Shown here one piece after another: positions 17,749-29,900 of a stretch of DNA of 64,000 bases. A program made the translations under genes and the position numbers. This stretch comes from a virus. Taxonomy: Duplodnaviria; Caudoviricetes. Within the stretch, counting starts at the first letter, position 1. Each line of letters starts with the position of its first letter. The notes below the pieces were generated by a model, which was not told the DNA's origin, ran no database searches, and saw nothing but the letters and a program-made list of their open reading frames with translations. The DNA is taken from positions 51-64,050 of the IMG/VR virus record IMGVR_UViG_2597489889_000001; one strand, 5' to 3'.

Positions 17749-18963
17749 ATGGCATCTCGTTGGTATAACCCGCTGTCATGGCGCATGTTCGGCTACACCG
17801 ACCCGAAGACCGGCGAATACACCGAGGTCGAAATGGTGGCCGGGGGTAAACGCACGAAGGCGGGCGTCACTATCACGTCCAAGGCTGCGATAACTATCCC
17901 CATCGTCTGGGCGTGCGTGAAGATCCTGAGCGAATCTGCCGCTGGGCTGCCGCTCAAGATTTTTGAAGATACGCCGTCGGGTCGAGTGCTGGCCGACACC
18001 AAGTCGCGGCAAGCCAGGGTGCTGAGAAAGCCTAACCCGTACATGACCAAACTCAACTTTCTAAAGTGCGCCGTGGTGAACATGGCGCTACGGGGCAATG
18101 CGTACAGCATCATTGAGCGCGCCGATAACGGTGACTGGATCGGCTTCATCCCGGTAAGTGCTGACAACGTCGAGATCGATACGTCTGATGATTTGATCTA
18201 CTGGGTCACTATCGGCGGGGATCGTTCCCCGGTATCGCCAGAGAACATGCTGCATTTCAAGCTGTTCAGCATGGATGGAATCAACGGACTGTCGCCTGTT
18301 GAGTACCAGGCCGAAACGATGGGTCTCGCCAAGACCGCGCAAAACTGGTCAGCAATGTTCATGCGCAAAGGCGGCTTTACCGGTGGCTACGTCATCTATG
18401 ACCAGTTCCTGACCAAGGTCCAGCAAGCGCAGATCATGGAGAAGTTTCCTGATGTGCGTAAAGGCGACATCAACGATATCGGCTCAATGGGGATCTTGCA
18501 GGGCGGCCCGAAGATCGTGCCGGCCGGGCTGAGCCAGAAGGACAGTCAGTTCATTGAGTCCCAGCAATTTCAGGAGGAGGCGATTGCCGGCTGTTACGGC
18601 GTGCCTCTGTACCTGGCCAACCGTGCCGGCAAGACCTCAATCATGGGGTCGAACCTGGAGCAACAAACCAGCGGTTACGTGACCTTTGGCCTCAAGCCCT
18701 ACCTCGACGCAATTGAGGATGAAATCAACGACAAGCTCTTCCGCGATAAACCCCAGTTTGTGGAGTTCATCGTGGAGGGTTTGTTGCGTGCGGATAGCGC
18801 GGGCCGGGCAGCCTACTACAAGGCTGCGCTTGGCGGCTCTGGTGGCTCTGGCTGGTTAAGTATCAACGCCGTCCGCGAGAAAGAAAACGAGCCCCGCCTG
18901 GCTGGCGAAGAATACGACCGGGTCACCCGGTGGGAGATGCAGACCAATGCTAAGCAAGATTGA
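17749..18963 (+). CDS. HK97-family portal protein
   Basis: VWACVKILSESAAGLPL, LRGNAY, MLHFKLFSMDGINGLSP, SINAVREKEN. Confidence 0.93.
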   Translation: MASRWYNPLSWRMFGYTDPKTGEYTEVEMVAGGKRTKAGVTITSKAAITIPIVWACVKILSESAAGLPLKIFEDTPSGRVLADTKSRQARVLRKPNPYMTKLNFLKCAVVNMALRGNAYSIIERADNGDWIGFIPVSADNVEIDTSDDLIYWVTIGGDRSPVSPENMLHFKLFSMDGINGLSPVEYQAETMGLAKTAQNWSAMFMRKGGFTGGYVIYDQFLTKVQQAQIMEKFPDVRKGDINDIGSMGILQGGPKIVPAGLSQKDSQFIESQQFQEEAIAGCYGVPLYLANRAGKTSIMGSNLEQQTSGYVTFGLKPYLDAIEDEINDKLFRDKPQFVEFIVEGLLRADSAGRAAYYKAALGGSGGSGWLSINAVREKENEPRLAGEEYDRVTRWEMQTNAKQD

Positions 18964-19591
18964 GGTTCCCTTTGAGGTGAAGGCCAGCGATGAGCTCGGT
19001 AACTTCGAGGGCTACGCTGCGGTGTTCAACAACATCGACCTGGGCGATGACGTGATCCTTCCCGGTGCATTCACCAAAGTGAAGACCACGCGAGCGGGCC
19101 GTTTGAAGCTGGCCCTGTTCCATGACTTGACGCGGCTTGTTGGCTCGGCCGAATTCACCCAGGACGACCACGGCCTCTACATCAAGGGCAAGGTCAACTT
19201 AGCGGTTAGTTACGCCCGTGACGCCTATGAGCTGATGAAGGAAGGCACGCTCGACAGCATGTCTATCGGCTTTAACACGATCCTGGCGGCCTACGAAGAA
19301 CGCGAAGGTCGAAGCGTGCGAATCATCAAACAGGCGGAGCTCTGGGAGGCATCCCTAGTGCCGTTCGGAATGAACCCGGCTGCACAAGTAACCGACGTGA
19401 AGTCGGATATCAGAATTTTTGAGAAGGCCCTGCGCGACCGCATGGGGCTCTCCCAAAAGGAGGCGGCAGCGGTCGCCTCGCTCGGCTACTCCGCAGTTCA
19501 CCGCGATGGTGAGACTGAGGCCACGGCGACCGTGGAAGAGCTGAAAAAACTCTCACACACATTTGACCAATTTTTTAAGGTGTCGCCATGA
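18947..19591 (+). CDS. HK97-family prohead protease
   Basis: FEGYAAVFNNID, LFHD, MSIGF, ELWEASLVPFGMN. Confidence 0.93.
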   Translation: MLSKIEVPFEVKASDELGNFEGYAAVFNNIDLGDDVILPGAFTKVKTTRAGRLKLALFHDLTRLVGSAEFTQDDHGLYIKGKVNLAVSYARDAYELMKEGTLDSMSIGFNTILAAYEEREGRSVRIIKQAELWEASLVPFGMNPAAQVTDVKSDIRIFEKALRDRMGLSQKEAAAVASLGYSAVHRDGETEATATVEELKKLSHTFDQFFKVSP

Positions 19592-20796
19592 CCGATCCAA
19601 TCCAAGAAGTAAAAAGCTCGCTCGAAAACCAGCTGAAAGAAGGTTTCGGCGGCTTGCAGAAGAAGTACGACGCTGTTGCCGATGAGCTGCAGAAGGGCAA
19701 CACCGTCACCGCCGAGATGAAGTCTCAGATCGAAAACCAAAAAGGTGAGATCGAGCGTGTCATCGAGCAGGTGCAGAAGCTCGAAGAAAAGGGCATCAAG
19801 CTGCGCAACCAGAACCCGGAAAAGAAAAGCTTCATCGACTTTGTTAAGGGTAACGATAACTACCAAGCCCTGACCAAAAAGACTCAGAGCTCGGCCGAAA
19901 TTGAGATCACCAAGTCCGATATGGCCAGCATGGCCGAAGTTAAGGTCACCAGCGCCGGCCTGGTTGCCCCTCAGTACGATCCTGTCATCCAGGGCGCTCC
20001 GCGCCAGAACCTGCTGATTCGCGACTTGATCCCGACCACGCCGGTAACCGGCCAGGCGTTTACCTACTACCGTGAACTGCTGCACACCCTGGGCGCGGGC
20101 ATGGTGCCAGAAGGTGGCGCCAAGCCAACCAGCAACGTGACCTTCGAGCAGGTCACCGACACCATCAAGAAGATTGCTGTATGGATGCCGGTGACCGACG
20201 AAGCGCTCGACGATGTTCCGCAGCTCTACAGCTACATTCAGGAATTGTTGCGCTTCGACCTGGAGCTGAAGCGCGAAGGTCAGTTGCTGAAGGGGGATGG
20301 CACCGGTAATAACCTGAACGGCATCATGACCCAGGCGACCGTTTTCGACCCAGCGCTGAGCAAGGCCACTGACACGGCCATCGACACCGTGCGCCGTGCG
20401 ATCTACCAGGCGCGCAAGCAGTCTAAGCTGCCGGCCGATGCCGTGGTCATGTCCGATCTGGATTGGATGAACATCGAGCTGCAGAAGGACGGCGAGAACC
20501 GCTACCTGTTCGCCAACCTGCAAGGCCTTGTTACCCCGGTCCTGTGGGGCCGCCCAATCGTTGCCTCGGACAGCATGGACGAGGGTGACGGCGAAACGAC
20601 CGGCGGCGAGTTCCTGACTGGCTCGTTCCAGCAAGGCGCGCGGATCTACGATCGCATGGGCTTCACCATCAAGGTCGGCATGATCAATGACGACTTCATC
20701 AAGAACCAGCGCGCCATCCTGGTGGAAGAGCGTCTCGGCCTGGCCGTGCGCAAGAAGTACGCCTTCGTCAAAGGCCGCTTCAAGCACGTCGCCTAA
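19588..20796 (+). CDS. HK97-fold major capsid protein
   Basis: Delta-domain coiled coil; LLKGDGTGNNLNGI, LWGRPIV, ILVEERLGLAV. Confidence 0.93.
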   Translation: MTDPIQEVKSSLENQLKEGFGGLQKKYDAVADELQKGNTVTAEMKSQIENQKGEIERVIEQVQKLEEKGIKLRNQNPEKKSFIDFVKGNDNYQALTKKTQSSAEIEITKSDMASMAEVKVTSAGLVAPQYDPVIQGAPRQNLLIRDLIPTTPVTGQAFTYYRELLHTLGAGMVPEGGAKPTSNVTFEQVTDTIKKIAVWMPVTDEALDDVPQLYSYIQELLRFDLELKREGQLLKGDGTGNNLNGIMTQATVFDPALSKATDTAIDTVRRAIYQARKQSKLPADAVVMSDLDWMNIELQKDGENRYLFANLQGLVTPVLWGRPIVASDSMDEGDGETTGGEFLTGSFQQGARIYDRMGFTIKVGMINDDFIKNQRAILVEERLGLAVRKKYAFVKGRFKHVA

Positions 20797-20849
20797 CTCA
20801 ACCCAGCATCAGGGGCCTAACGGCCCCGAACAAAACTCAGGTGAATATC

Positions 20850-21041
20850 ATGGAAATTAAAGTTCTGTGGGGCTTCGAGGGCGATCCCGAAAAGCTCAAG
20901 GTTCCAAATGGCCGAGTATCGGCCGGCACCACCCTCGACGTTGAGGACGAAGAGTTGGCGCACGCGCTGATTGGTAAAGGCCTCGCAGAAAAGGCGAAAC
21001 CGGCGGCGAATAAGTCGGCCAAGCCCAACGAGACCAAGTAA
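20850..21041 (+). CDS. Small head-associated hypothetical protein
   Basis: AHALIGKGLAE plus K-rich tail, between capsid and connector. Confidence 0.65.
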   Translation: MEIKVLWGFEGDPEKLKVPNGRVSAGTTLDVEDEELAHALIGKGLAEKAKPAANKSAKPNETK

Positions 21042-21491
21042 ATGATCGACCTGGCGCGAGTGAAGAGTCACCTCAAGGTCGATGACGATGAAGAGGATGC
21101 TCTGATCGCCGGCTACTTGGAGGCGGCCAAGTCCCATGTGGGTATGCACTGCGACAGGGAACTGGTCGAGGCTGATCCTGTGGAGCCTGCTCAAATGGGG
21201 CTGACCCCTGATGTCGAGCAGGCCATCCTGCTTTTGGTTGGTCACTGGTACGCCAACCGCGAGGGCGTGGCGCTGGGCACCATATCAACCACCGTACCGC
21301 TGGCTGTTGGGCCAGAGCTATCTGCGGACCATCACCTCAGGCAATCGGGACGCCACAAGTTCTTGGCGCTCTCAAGAGGCCGCTGTGCGTGCGCAGGGCG
21401 CGGCAATGCAGTCTCTCACTTCCACAGTGGGCAGCTATGCCGCCGCAATGGCTGGTGCATTGGCAGTGGGCAACGTTGTTCACCAGGCTGA
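21042..21491 (+). pseudogene. Head-tail connector (HK97 gp6-like); native sequence breaks at ~21310 and continues out of frame into tape-measure DNA
   Basis: LARVKSHLKVDDDEEDALI...QAILLLVGHWYANRE...VPLAV, then non-homologous. Confidence 0.8.
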
Positions 21492-24400
21492 CGCCTGGAA
21501 CCAAGTAAATGCTAGGCTCAAACAGGCCACCACCAGCACTGAAGACTTCGCCGTAAGCCAGAAATCCTTGTTTGAACTGAGTCAGCGTACTGGCACTTCG
21601 TATTCAGATAATGCCGGTTTGTTCAGCCGCTCGGCGTCATCGATGCGTGAATTTGGGTATTCAACATCTGAGGTGCTTGGAGTTACAGAAGCATTATCGG
21701 TGGGTCTGCAAGTATCCGGTGCGACCTCAGCTGAGGCTTCCTCTTCTATCACTCAGTTTGCTCAAGCACTTGCCCAGGGCGTGCTGCGCGGGGAGGAATT
21801 TAACTCCATCGCTGATAGCGGAGATCGTGTTCTACGCGCGCTTGCGGCAGGGATGGGCGTTGCTAGGAGCGAGCTCAAGGCCATGGCTGATAAAGGGCTG
21901 ATCACTATTGATAAGCTCGTGCCAGCGCTGATCAGCCAGCTTGGGGTCCTAAATGAAGAGTTCGGCAAAATGCCCCCTTCAGTCAGCCGCTCAACCACGG
22001 CCCTGACTAATGCCTTCCAGGCGTGGATTGGAGGAGCTGACTCAGCAACCGGCAGCACAGCGGTTCTCTCTGGTGCGATTGACCTTGTTGCAAAGAACAT
22101 GGATGTATTGGCCGCGTCGGCGTTAACTGCGGGCGCCGCCTATGTCGGACTGAAGTCTGGCGAACTGATTAAGGGGTTGCGTGATCAGGTCGGCGCTTTG
22201 CGGGAAGCCCGATCTGCCGAAATTGGCCGGACTACCGCCCAGCTTGATGCGGCCACAGCCGCCGCCCGCCGTACCGCTGCAGAAGTGATCGCCGCAGAAT
22301 CCCAGGTCGCAGCGACAAGATTTACCGATGGTCATACCGCAGCCCTCAGCCGCCTTCGACTCGCCAGGCTGGCTGATACCCAAGCAACCGTCGCGCAGAC
22401 CGCCGCGCAAGCCGCCCAAACAGCCGCGACATCACTGGCTGGGCGGGCCGGATCGGCGCTGCTTGGGGTAATGGGTGGCCCGGCCGGGCTTGCTGTTACC
22501 GCCGGCGCCGTAGCGGCGAGCTATTTATTGTTCCGCGACAACAGCGATAAGGCCCGGCAAGCTACCGTCGACCTAAAGCGCCCCGTGGAGGAGTTGCGCA
22601 AAGAATTTTCCGAGCTTGGCAAAGAGCAGGCGCGGTATAAGCTTGACGGCGTTATCCAGCAGCAGGCGGACGCACAGGTCGCGGCACAGAAGGCGCTACG
22701 CGAGATCCGCGCCGCTGCCCAGGGCAATGACAAGTGGGGCGATACCTACTCGGCCAACCCGTTCCAGCGCGATCGGGCGGTGACAGACTTCAATCGTCGC
22801 ATTGCCGGCGGCCAGGATATTGATTCGGCCAGTCAGCAGTTGGTCGCGGCAATCGGTCCAAACAAGGAAATGACCAACGCCATCAACGCCTCGGCAGCAG
22901 CGTACGGTGAGGCCATCAAGGCCTCCGGCGATTACGGTGACGTCGCCAATATACTGACAGCACGATTAAACGATGTCGCTGACGCGGCCGACCAGGCCGG
23001 TGCGGGCCTGAAGAAGATAGAGGGGCCGGATCAGAAAACGATTGACGGCTGGACCAGTTACTCCAAGACGCTGGTGGAGCGACTGAATTCGGTGCGGGAT
23101 GGCGGAGACCTGGTCGGTGAGGTGAATCGCCGTATTGAGCGTGAGGGCGTCGACCCAGCTACTGCGGAAGGCTGGCGCATTCTAGCCGGTGCTATCAAAG
23201 GTTCCGAGGCTGCGGCCAAGGCGTCGGAGGAAGCCCAGCAGAAGGCGAAGAAAGCGGCGGAGGATATTCACCGCCAAGCCGAACAACTCAACAACGCTTA
23301 CAAGCAGACCCTGGCCAACCTCACACAGCAGGTAGCGCTATATGGTGAAACTACCGAGATAGGGCGCCTCCGCTACGAGCTCACCACTGGCGAGCTTTCG
23401 AAGCTATCAGCGAAGAACAAGGTAATGCTCGAGGGCAAGGCCATTGAGCTCGACGCGCTCAATGCCAGAAAGGCCTATGACGGCTTGATGTCAGGCCTTC
23501 AAACCAAAGAGCAGGCCCTGCTTGCAACCACGAAAGAGCGGATGCAGGTCCTGGAAACAGCCAATCGCGCTGGGAAGCTGTCGTCAGACGACTATCGCGC
23601 CGGCGCTGATGCCATCTCGAAAGCCACCGTTACCGAGGCGCCAGAGTTTGGTGGCATCGACTCATCGGTGGGCGGGCCGTCCGGTGAGCTGGTCAAGATT
23701 GCAGAGGCCGAGGCCGCCCTGAAAAAGTGGCACGACAAGCAGATGTCGATGCAGGCCGAACTTCGCGATCAGATCCTGGCCGACCAGCAAAGCACCAACG
23801 AACAGAAGCTCGCCGCCGAGCAGCAGTACTTGGACCGGGTGGTGGAAATCAACCAAACGAACCAGGCGAGGCTTTCTGACATTCAGGGCGCCTATAAAGT
23901 GGCCGTGATCGGCACCTTCAGCGAGTTGTCGGGCCAGGCCGCAGACATGGTTGGCAAGATCGCTGGCGAGCAGTCTGGCGCATACAAGGCGTTGTTTGTC
24001 GCGCAAAAGGCGTTCGCGGTGGCGTCGATCATCATGAACGCCCAGATAGCTGCAGCGAAGGCACCGGCGGAACTGACCATCCTGGGCGGTATACCGGTGG
24101 GCGCGGCGCTGCTGGCAGCGGGTTACGCAAATGCGGGCATGGTCGCCGGCATGGCGCTGGCCGGGTTCTCCGAAGGTGGTTTTACCGGCCCGGGTGGCAA
24201 GTTTGAGCCGAAGGGTGTGGTTCACGGCGGCGAGGTGGTCATCCGCAAGGAGGTGGTCGATCAGCCTGGAATGAAGGATTACCTCATCGGCCTGAACCGT
24301 AGCGGTAAGCCAGGCTATGCGAGCGGCGGATTCGTCGGAAGCCCAGGTATCACACCGGCCTTCACCGCTCCATCTGTCGCGGCGGGCGCCGGGTCAGGCT

Positions 24401-24597
24401 CTGCCCCAGAGATTCACCTTCACATCAATGGCGACGGATCTGGTGGATCTGTGAACGCGCCGGAAGGCTATGAGCAGATGGGGCTGGCGCTGCTTGCCAC
24501 CGCACGCTCCGAAATGCCCAAGATCGCGCGCCAAGTGATCGTGCAAGAGAAAGGCCAAAACGGCCTGCTCGATCCAAACAACCGGAGAAATAGCTGA
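21311..24597 (+). pseudogene. Tape measure protein lacking its N-terminus (possible internal start at 21406)
   Basis: AQFAQALAQGVLRGEEFNS tape-measure domain and GGFTGPGGKFEPKGVVHGGE motif; no native start or RBS. Confidence 0.8.
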
Positions 24598-24935
24598 TGG
24601 CAGAGGTATTCAACTGGTCGCCCCGGGTTGGCTCTTCCGGTGACGATCAACCTGACGTGCTTGAGTCGAAGTTCGGTAACGGCTACAGCCAGCGATTATC
24701 GGTCGGAATAAACAATGTTGCTGGCGCGTACACCGTTTCCTTCACGGGCGGGGAGGCTTACATCAAGCCGATCCGGGAGTTCTTCAAGCGGCACAAGGGG
24801 GCAAATCACTTTCTGTGGACCCCGCCGCTTGAGGTGCAAGGGGCGTTCATCACTACCGGTGGATGGCAACTGCAAACCCATGGCAACAAGAAGTACACCC
24901 TCAGCACCACTTTCCAGCAGGTATTTAACCCATGA
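24597..24935 (+). CDS. Minor tail protein (lambda M-like)
   Basis: ESKFGNGYSQR...FFKRHKGANHFLWTPP. Confidence 0.88.
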   Translation: MAEVFNWSPRVGSSGDDQPDVLESKFGNGYSQRLSVGINNVAGAYTVSFTGGEAYIKPIREFFKRHKGANHFLWTPPLEVQGAFITTGGWQLQTHGNKKYTLSTTFQQVFNP

Positions 24936-25618
24936 TCACTTTGGACGACCAGAAGCTCGAGCCGGGCGCGGTTATTCAGCTGATTGAGTTGGACGGCGAG
25001 GCGCGTGGAATGGGCATCTTGCGGTATCACGCGCATCAACAGTCCACGCCGATCATCTGGAAGGGCGACGTGTATCTACCACGTCCTTATGAGACCGGCG
25101 GGTTCGGGCGCAGCGTTGAAGGCAACAACTCCACACCCATGCTGAAGATCAGCAATATCGACGGAACGATTACAGCGCTATGCCGGCGATTCCAGGGGAT
25201 GAGCGGGGTCAAGCTGACGGTTCGGCAGACCTACGTCAAATACCTAGACCCTGCGAATTTCCCAGAGGGCAACCCGACGGCCAGCACCATGGAAAGGCTC
25301 GACATCTCATATATCAACCAGGTCACCAGCCTGTTGCGTGAAGAGGTGGTGTTTTCGTTGGCCCCTCCGACTGCTGTTAAGGGTCAGAGGTTGCCGGGCG
25401 GCCTGATCATGAACCGGTGCGAATGGTGCCTTTGGGGCGAGTACCGTGGCCCGGACTGCAACTACACCGGGATCAAGATGTTCGACCTCGACGGCAACCC
25501 AGTGGACGACCCGGCACTGGATCGCTGTGGCGGCCGGCCAAGTGACTGCGAAATCCGCTTTGGCAAGGGCAACCCGTTGTCGTTCGGCGGCGCCCCTGGC
25601 GCTGCGCTTATTGGATAG
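24932..25618 (+). CDS. Minor tail protein (lambda L-like)
   Basis: IQLIELDG; C-terminal Cys cluster CEWC..YRGPDCNY...DRCGGRPSDCEIRFG. Confidence 0.9.
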   Translation: MITLDDQKLEPGAVIQLIELDGEARGMGILRYHAHQQSTPIIWKGDVYLPRPYETGGFGRSVEGNNSTPMLKISNIDGTITALCRRFQGMSGVKLTVRQTYVKYLDPANFPEGNPTASTMERLDISYINQVTSLLREEVVFSLAPPTAVKGQRLPGGLIMNRCEWCLWGEYRGPDCNYTGIKMFDLDGNPVDDPALDRCGGRPSDCEIRFGKGNPLSFGGAPGAALIG

Positions 25619-25623
25619 ACCCC

Positions 25624-26376
25624 ATGAACAAGACGATGCTGAAACAAATTCAGGCGCACGCTGCGGCGGAGTTTCCGAAGGAAAGCTGCGGCGTGGTGAT
25701 CCGTGAGGCCGGGCGGCTGAAGTACGTTGCCTGCCGCAACGATGCCAAGACCCCCAGCGAGCACTTCATCATCAACCCCGAGGATAAGTGTGACGCTGAG
25801 GACCGTGGCGAGGTGACGATGATCATTCACTCTCATCCCGACGTTCCACCCATGCCGAGCATGACCGATCGTGTCAGCTGCGAATTGCATGAAAAGCCGT
25901 GGGGTATTGTGAGCTGGCCGTCTGGCGAGTACTTCGAATTCAAGCCTGATGGTTACCAGGCCCCGCTGGTTGGCCGCGAGTTCGGCCATGGTCTGCTGGA
26001 CTGCTATGCCCTGTGCCGCGATTACTACGAGCGCGAGCATGGGATTGAATTGCCGAACTACCCACGCCGGGACGGCTGGTGGAACGATGGTGAGAGCCTC
26101 TACGAGAAGTACTACGAGGAGGCCGGTTTCTATCCGGTTTCGATGCCGCGCAAGGGTGACATGATCGTCATGCAGATCAACGCCGCTGCACCGAACCATG
26201 CAGGAATCTATCTGGGTGACGGCTTGCTGACCAGTGCCCCGGAGCTGCACCCGGCCCCGGGCACCTTCCTGCATCATCGCTACAGCAAGAAATCCACCCG
26301 CGACGTTTACGGCGGCATGTGGGCTGATTACACCGTGCTGATTCTTCGGCACCAACGAATGCCGGAGGTTGACTGA
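25624..26376 (+). CDS. Tail assembly protein K-like (JAB/MPN + NlpC/P60)
   Basis: ESCG, HSHPD, DCYAL, NHAGIY, LHH. Confidence 0.92.
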   Translation: MNKTMLKQIQAHAAAEFPKESCGVVIREAGRLKYVACRNDAKTPSEHFIINPEDKCDAEDRGEVTMIIHSHPDVPPMPSMTDRVSCELHEKPWGIVSWPSGEYFEFKPDGYQAPLVGREFGHGLLDCYALCRDYYEREHGIELPNYPRRDGWWNDGESLYEKYYEEAGFYPVSMPRKGDMIVMQINAAAPNHAGIYLGDGLLTSAPELHPAPGTFLHHRYSKKSTRDVYGGMWADYTVLILRHQRMPEVD

Positions 26377-26972
26377 TGGCAATGAAAACTACGGTTAACC
26401 CGCAGCCTTTGGTGGTGCTGGTGATGCTTTATGGTGTGCTTGGCGCCCGGTTCGGTCGCGTTCACCACCTGGCCGTAGCGTCATGCGCTGAGGCGATTCA
26501 TGCGTTGTGCGTGAAGATCCCCGGCTTCAGACGGTTCTTGCGCTTTTCGGAAGAGCGCGGCCTGACCTACGCAGTGTTCCGCGGGAAGAAGAACCTGAGC
26601 GATACCGAGATTGAGATGCGCCAGGACACCGTTGAGCCGATCCGTATTGCGCCAATTGTGATTGGCAGCAAGGGAGGCGGCTTGTTCGCCACCATTGCAG
26701 GTCTTGCCCTGGTGGTGGTCGGTGCAATCACCCAGCAGTACTACTTGGTAGCAGCTGGTGCTGGCCTGATGATTGGCGGTATCGCCATGAGTATGTCCCC
26801 GTCACCGGTGGGCGTGCTGGACAAGGAGGGCGATGGCAACAGGCCGTCCTATGCGTTCGGCGGGGCGGTCACCACGATGGCCCAGGGGCGCTGCAAACCA
26901 CTTCTGTATGGCGAACGCGATATCGGTGGCGCCCTCATCTCGGCTGGCGTCTTTTCGGAAGATCAGCAGTAA
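26376..26972 (+). CDS. Tail assembly protein I-like
   Basis: LYGVLGARFGRVHHLAV...SYAFGG...PLLYGE..IGGALISAG. Confidence 0.9.
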   Translation: MAMKTTVNPQPLVVLVMLYGVLGARFGRVHHLAVASCAEAIHALCVKIPGFRRFLRFSEERGLTYAVFRGKKNLSDTEIEMRQDTVEPIRIAPIVIGSKGGGLFATIAGLALVVVGAITQQYYLVAAGAGLMIGGIAMSMSPSPVGVLDKEGDGNRPSYAFGGAVTTMAQGRCKPLLYGERDIGGALISAGVFSEDQQ

Positions 26973-26981
26973 GGAAAACCC

Positions 26982-29900
26982 ATGTCTAAAATCGCAACAG
27001 CGCCTGCTGCAAAGCATCGGCGCCGGCCTACTGCTGCCCGCGTTTTGGGCGCCAAGGGGGGCGAGCAGAAGCCATACACGCCCTACAAGGCACCCGATAC
27101 TGCGCTTTCTGTTGCCACTGTAAAATTGCTCTATGCCTTGAGTGAGGGCCCAATCGTCGGCCTGGTCGATGATAAGAAGTCGGTAAAACTCAACGGCACG
27201 CCGCTGGTCTCGCCTGACGGTAGCGAGAACTTTCCCGGTACCGTTTGGGATTTCCGCCCGGGCACTGTGGACCAAGAACACATTCCAGGCTTTCCGGCCA
27301 TTGAGAACGAGGCGTCCCAGGGGCTGCCGGTTGAGTTGAAGTCGGATAACGCCTGGACGCGTGCGATCACTGATCAGCAGTTGTCGGCTGTGCGCATCCG
27401 TTTGTCCTGGCCGCAAATTTGGCAGGTCAAGACGAATGGCGACCAGATCGGCTACCGCATCGACTACGCCATTGATCTTTCCGTAGATGGCGGAAGCTAT
27501 CAAACGGTTTTGTCGGCGACCCTGGACGACAAAGGGACAACCGAATACGAGCGCACCCATCGAATCGACCTCCCTGAGGGCTTCACCAGTGCGCTGGTTC
27601 GCGTGCGCCGACTCACCCCCAACCGAAACGATTCCAATTTTGCGGACCTGATGCGCATCAAGGGGCTGACGGAGGTAATCGACAAGAAGCTCCGCTATCC
27701 GAACCTGGCGCTGGGCGGCCTGCAGTTCGATGCCAAGCAATTCCAGGACACGCCAAAGGCCAGCTTCCTGATGCGCGGCCGAATTATTCAGGTACCGACG
27801 AATTACAACCCAGAGACCCGGACCTATACAGGTGACTGGAACGGCACCTTTAAGCTTGCCTATACAAATAACCCGGTCTGGGTTTGGCGCGACCTGCTGT
27901 TGCATCGTCGCTATGGCTTGGGCCGCCGCATCACCGCTGACATGGTGGATCACTGGACGCTGTACGAGATCGGTCGCTATTGCGACGTGATGGTGCCAGA
28001 CGGCAAGGGCGGTATGCAGCCGCGTATGACCACCAATGTCTATATTCAGGATTCGATTGAGGGATACGCGCTCCTTTCGGATCTGGCCAGCGTGTTCCGT
28101 GGCAGCAGCTGCTGGAACGGCTCGCAGGTCACTATGGTGGCGGACATTCCCGGCAACGAGGACGGCTACGTTTTCACCCGCTCGAACATTATTGGCGAGT
28201 TCGAGATGGTGGGTGCCGCCTATCCTGATCGGCACACCAGGGCAAAAGTCGCATGGGATAACCCGGAAAACGAGTTCAAGACCCAACCGGCTCCGGTAAC
28301 CAATGAGGAACTGATCGGCGCCCTCGGGCACCGGATGCTGGATATCTCGCGTTTCGGCTGTACCGTGGAGGGAGAAGCAATCCGTCACGGTATCTGGGCG
28401 CTCAAGTCTGAGCAGTATGAGGAGTGGTCGGTAAGCTTCACCACCGGCATGGAAGGCCGCAACGTCGAGCCTGGCCAGATTATCTGCGTGGCAGATGAAA
28501 CCTTCGCTGGCCGGCCAAATGGCGGTCGGATCAGTGCGGCCACCAGGCGCGTGATAACTCTCGACATTGACGCCGAGGTACACGAGGAGGACCGTCTGAT
28601 CCTCAACTTGCCGAGCGGCAAATCCGAAGGTCGTATCGTAAAGTCGGTCTCCGGGCGCCTGGTCACCGTCATGGCAGACTATTCGGAGCTCCCAGAGGCT
28701 GAATGCAGTTGGTCCGTGGAAAGTGCTGATCTGGCCGTGATGCGCTTTCGTGTGCAGACCATCGAGCCGCAAGGGCTGCACCAGTTCAAGATAGCTGCCA
28801 CTCAACATGAGCCCCTTAAGTACCAGGCGATCGACACTGGCGCACGCATTGACCCACAGCCAACGAGCATCATTCCACCAGGGGTGATGTCTCCGCCGGA
28901 TAACGTCAGCATCGAGGCGCGCAGCGTCGTATCGCAAGGCATTGCTGTTACCAGTATGCGTATCACCTGGGACTCGGTACCGGGGGCCATTGCGTACAAC
29001 GTGGAATGGCGCAAGGACAGCGGAAACTGGATCCGCTTGCCGCGCACGGGGAGCTTGGGTGCAGAAGTTGAGGGCATCTACAGCGGTCGCTACGTTGCTC
29101 GGGTTAGCTCGGTCAACGCAATGGACGTGGCCTCTATTTGGGGCGCCAGCCCTGAAGTGATGCTGACAGGCAAGACCGGCCTGCCACCGGCGGTGTCGTT
29201 CCTAACCACCACCAGCCTTGTATATGGCATTGGCATTCAGTGGGGATTCCCACCAGGTGCAGAGGACACTGAGCGCACGGAACTTTGGTACAGCCAAACG
29301 GCTGACCTGGCGACCGCGATAAAGCTGAGCGACTTCAGTTACCCGCAAGCCAAGCACGAAATGCACAGCCTGTTGGCTGGCGCGAGTCTGTTCTTCTGGG
29401 CTCGCCTGGTGGATCGGACCGGCAACGTCGGCCCATTCTTCCCTGTACCTGGTGCGGTCAATGGTCAGGCCAGTTCGGATCAATCCGAGTATGAAAAATA
29501 CTTTGCGGACAAGATCGGAAAGGGCGCCCTGTACCAAAGCCTTCGAGAAGAGATCGAGCTGATTACAGGTGATGGTCCAGGATCTGTGAATGAACGCCTG
29601 GAGGAGGCCAAGCAGGAACTTGAAGACCTGATCAAGAAAGTGAGCGATGCCCTCGCTTACGACCCGGCAAAGCCGTATTTGAAGGGCGAAATCGTGCGTC
29701 TGGATCAACGCCTCTACCAAGCGAAAGGCCCTGTGCCTGTCGGCGCAACGCCGCCCGACGCCACGTACTGGACCGATATTGGCACCATCATTGAGACCAC
29801 TGACGCGCTGGTGTCGCAGGTCCAGATCATCGAAACCAAGATCGAGGAAATCGACGGCAAGGTGTTGGCCACCGCTACCTCCGTCGAGGCGTTGCGTTCT

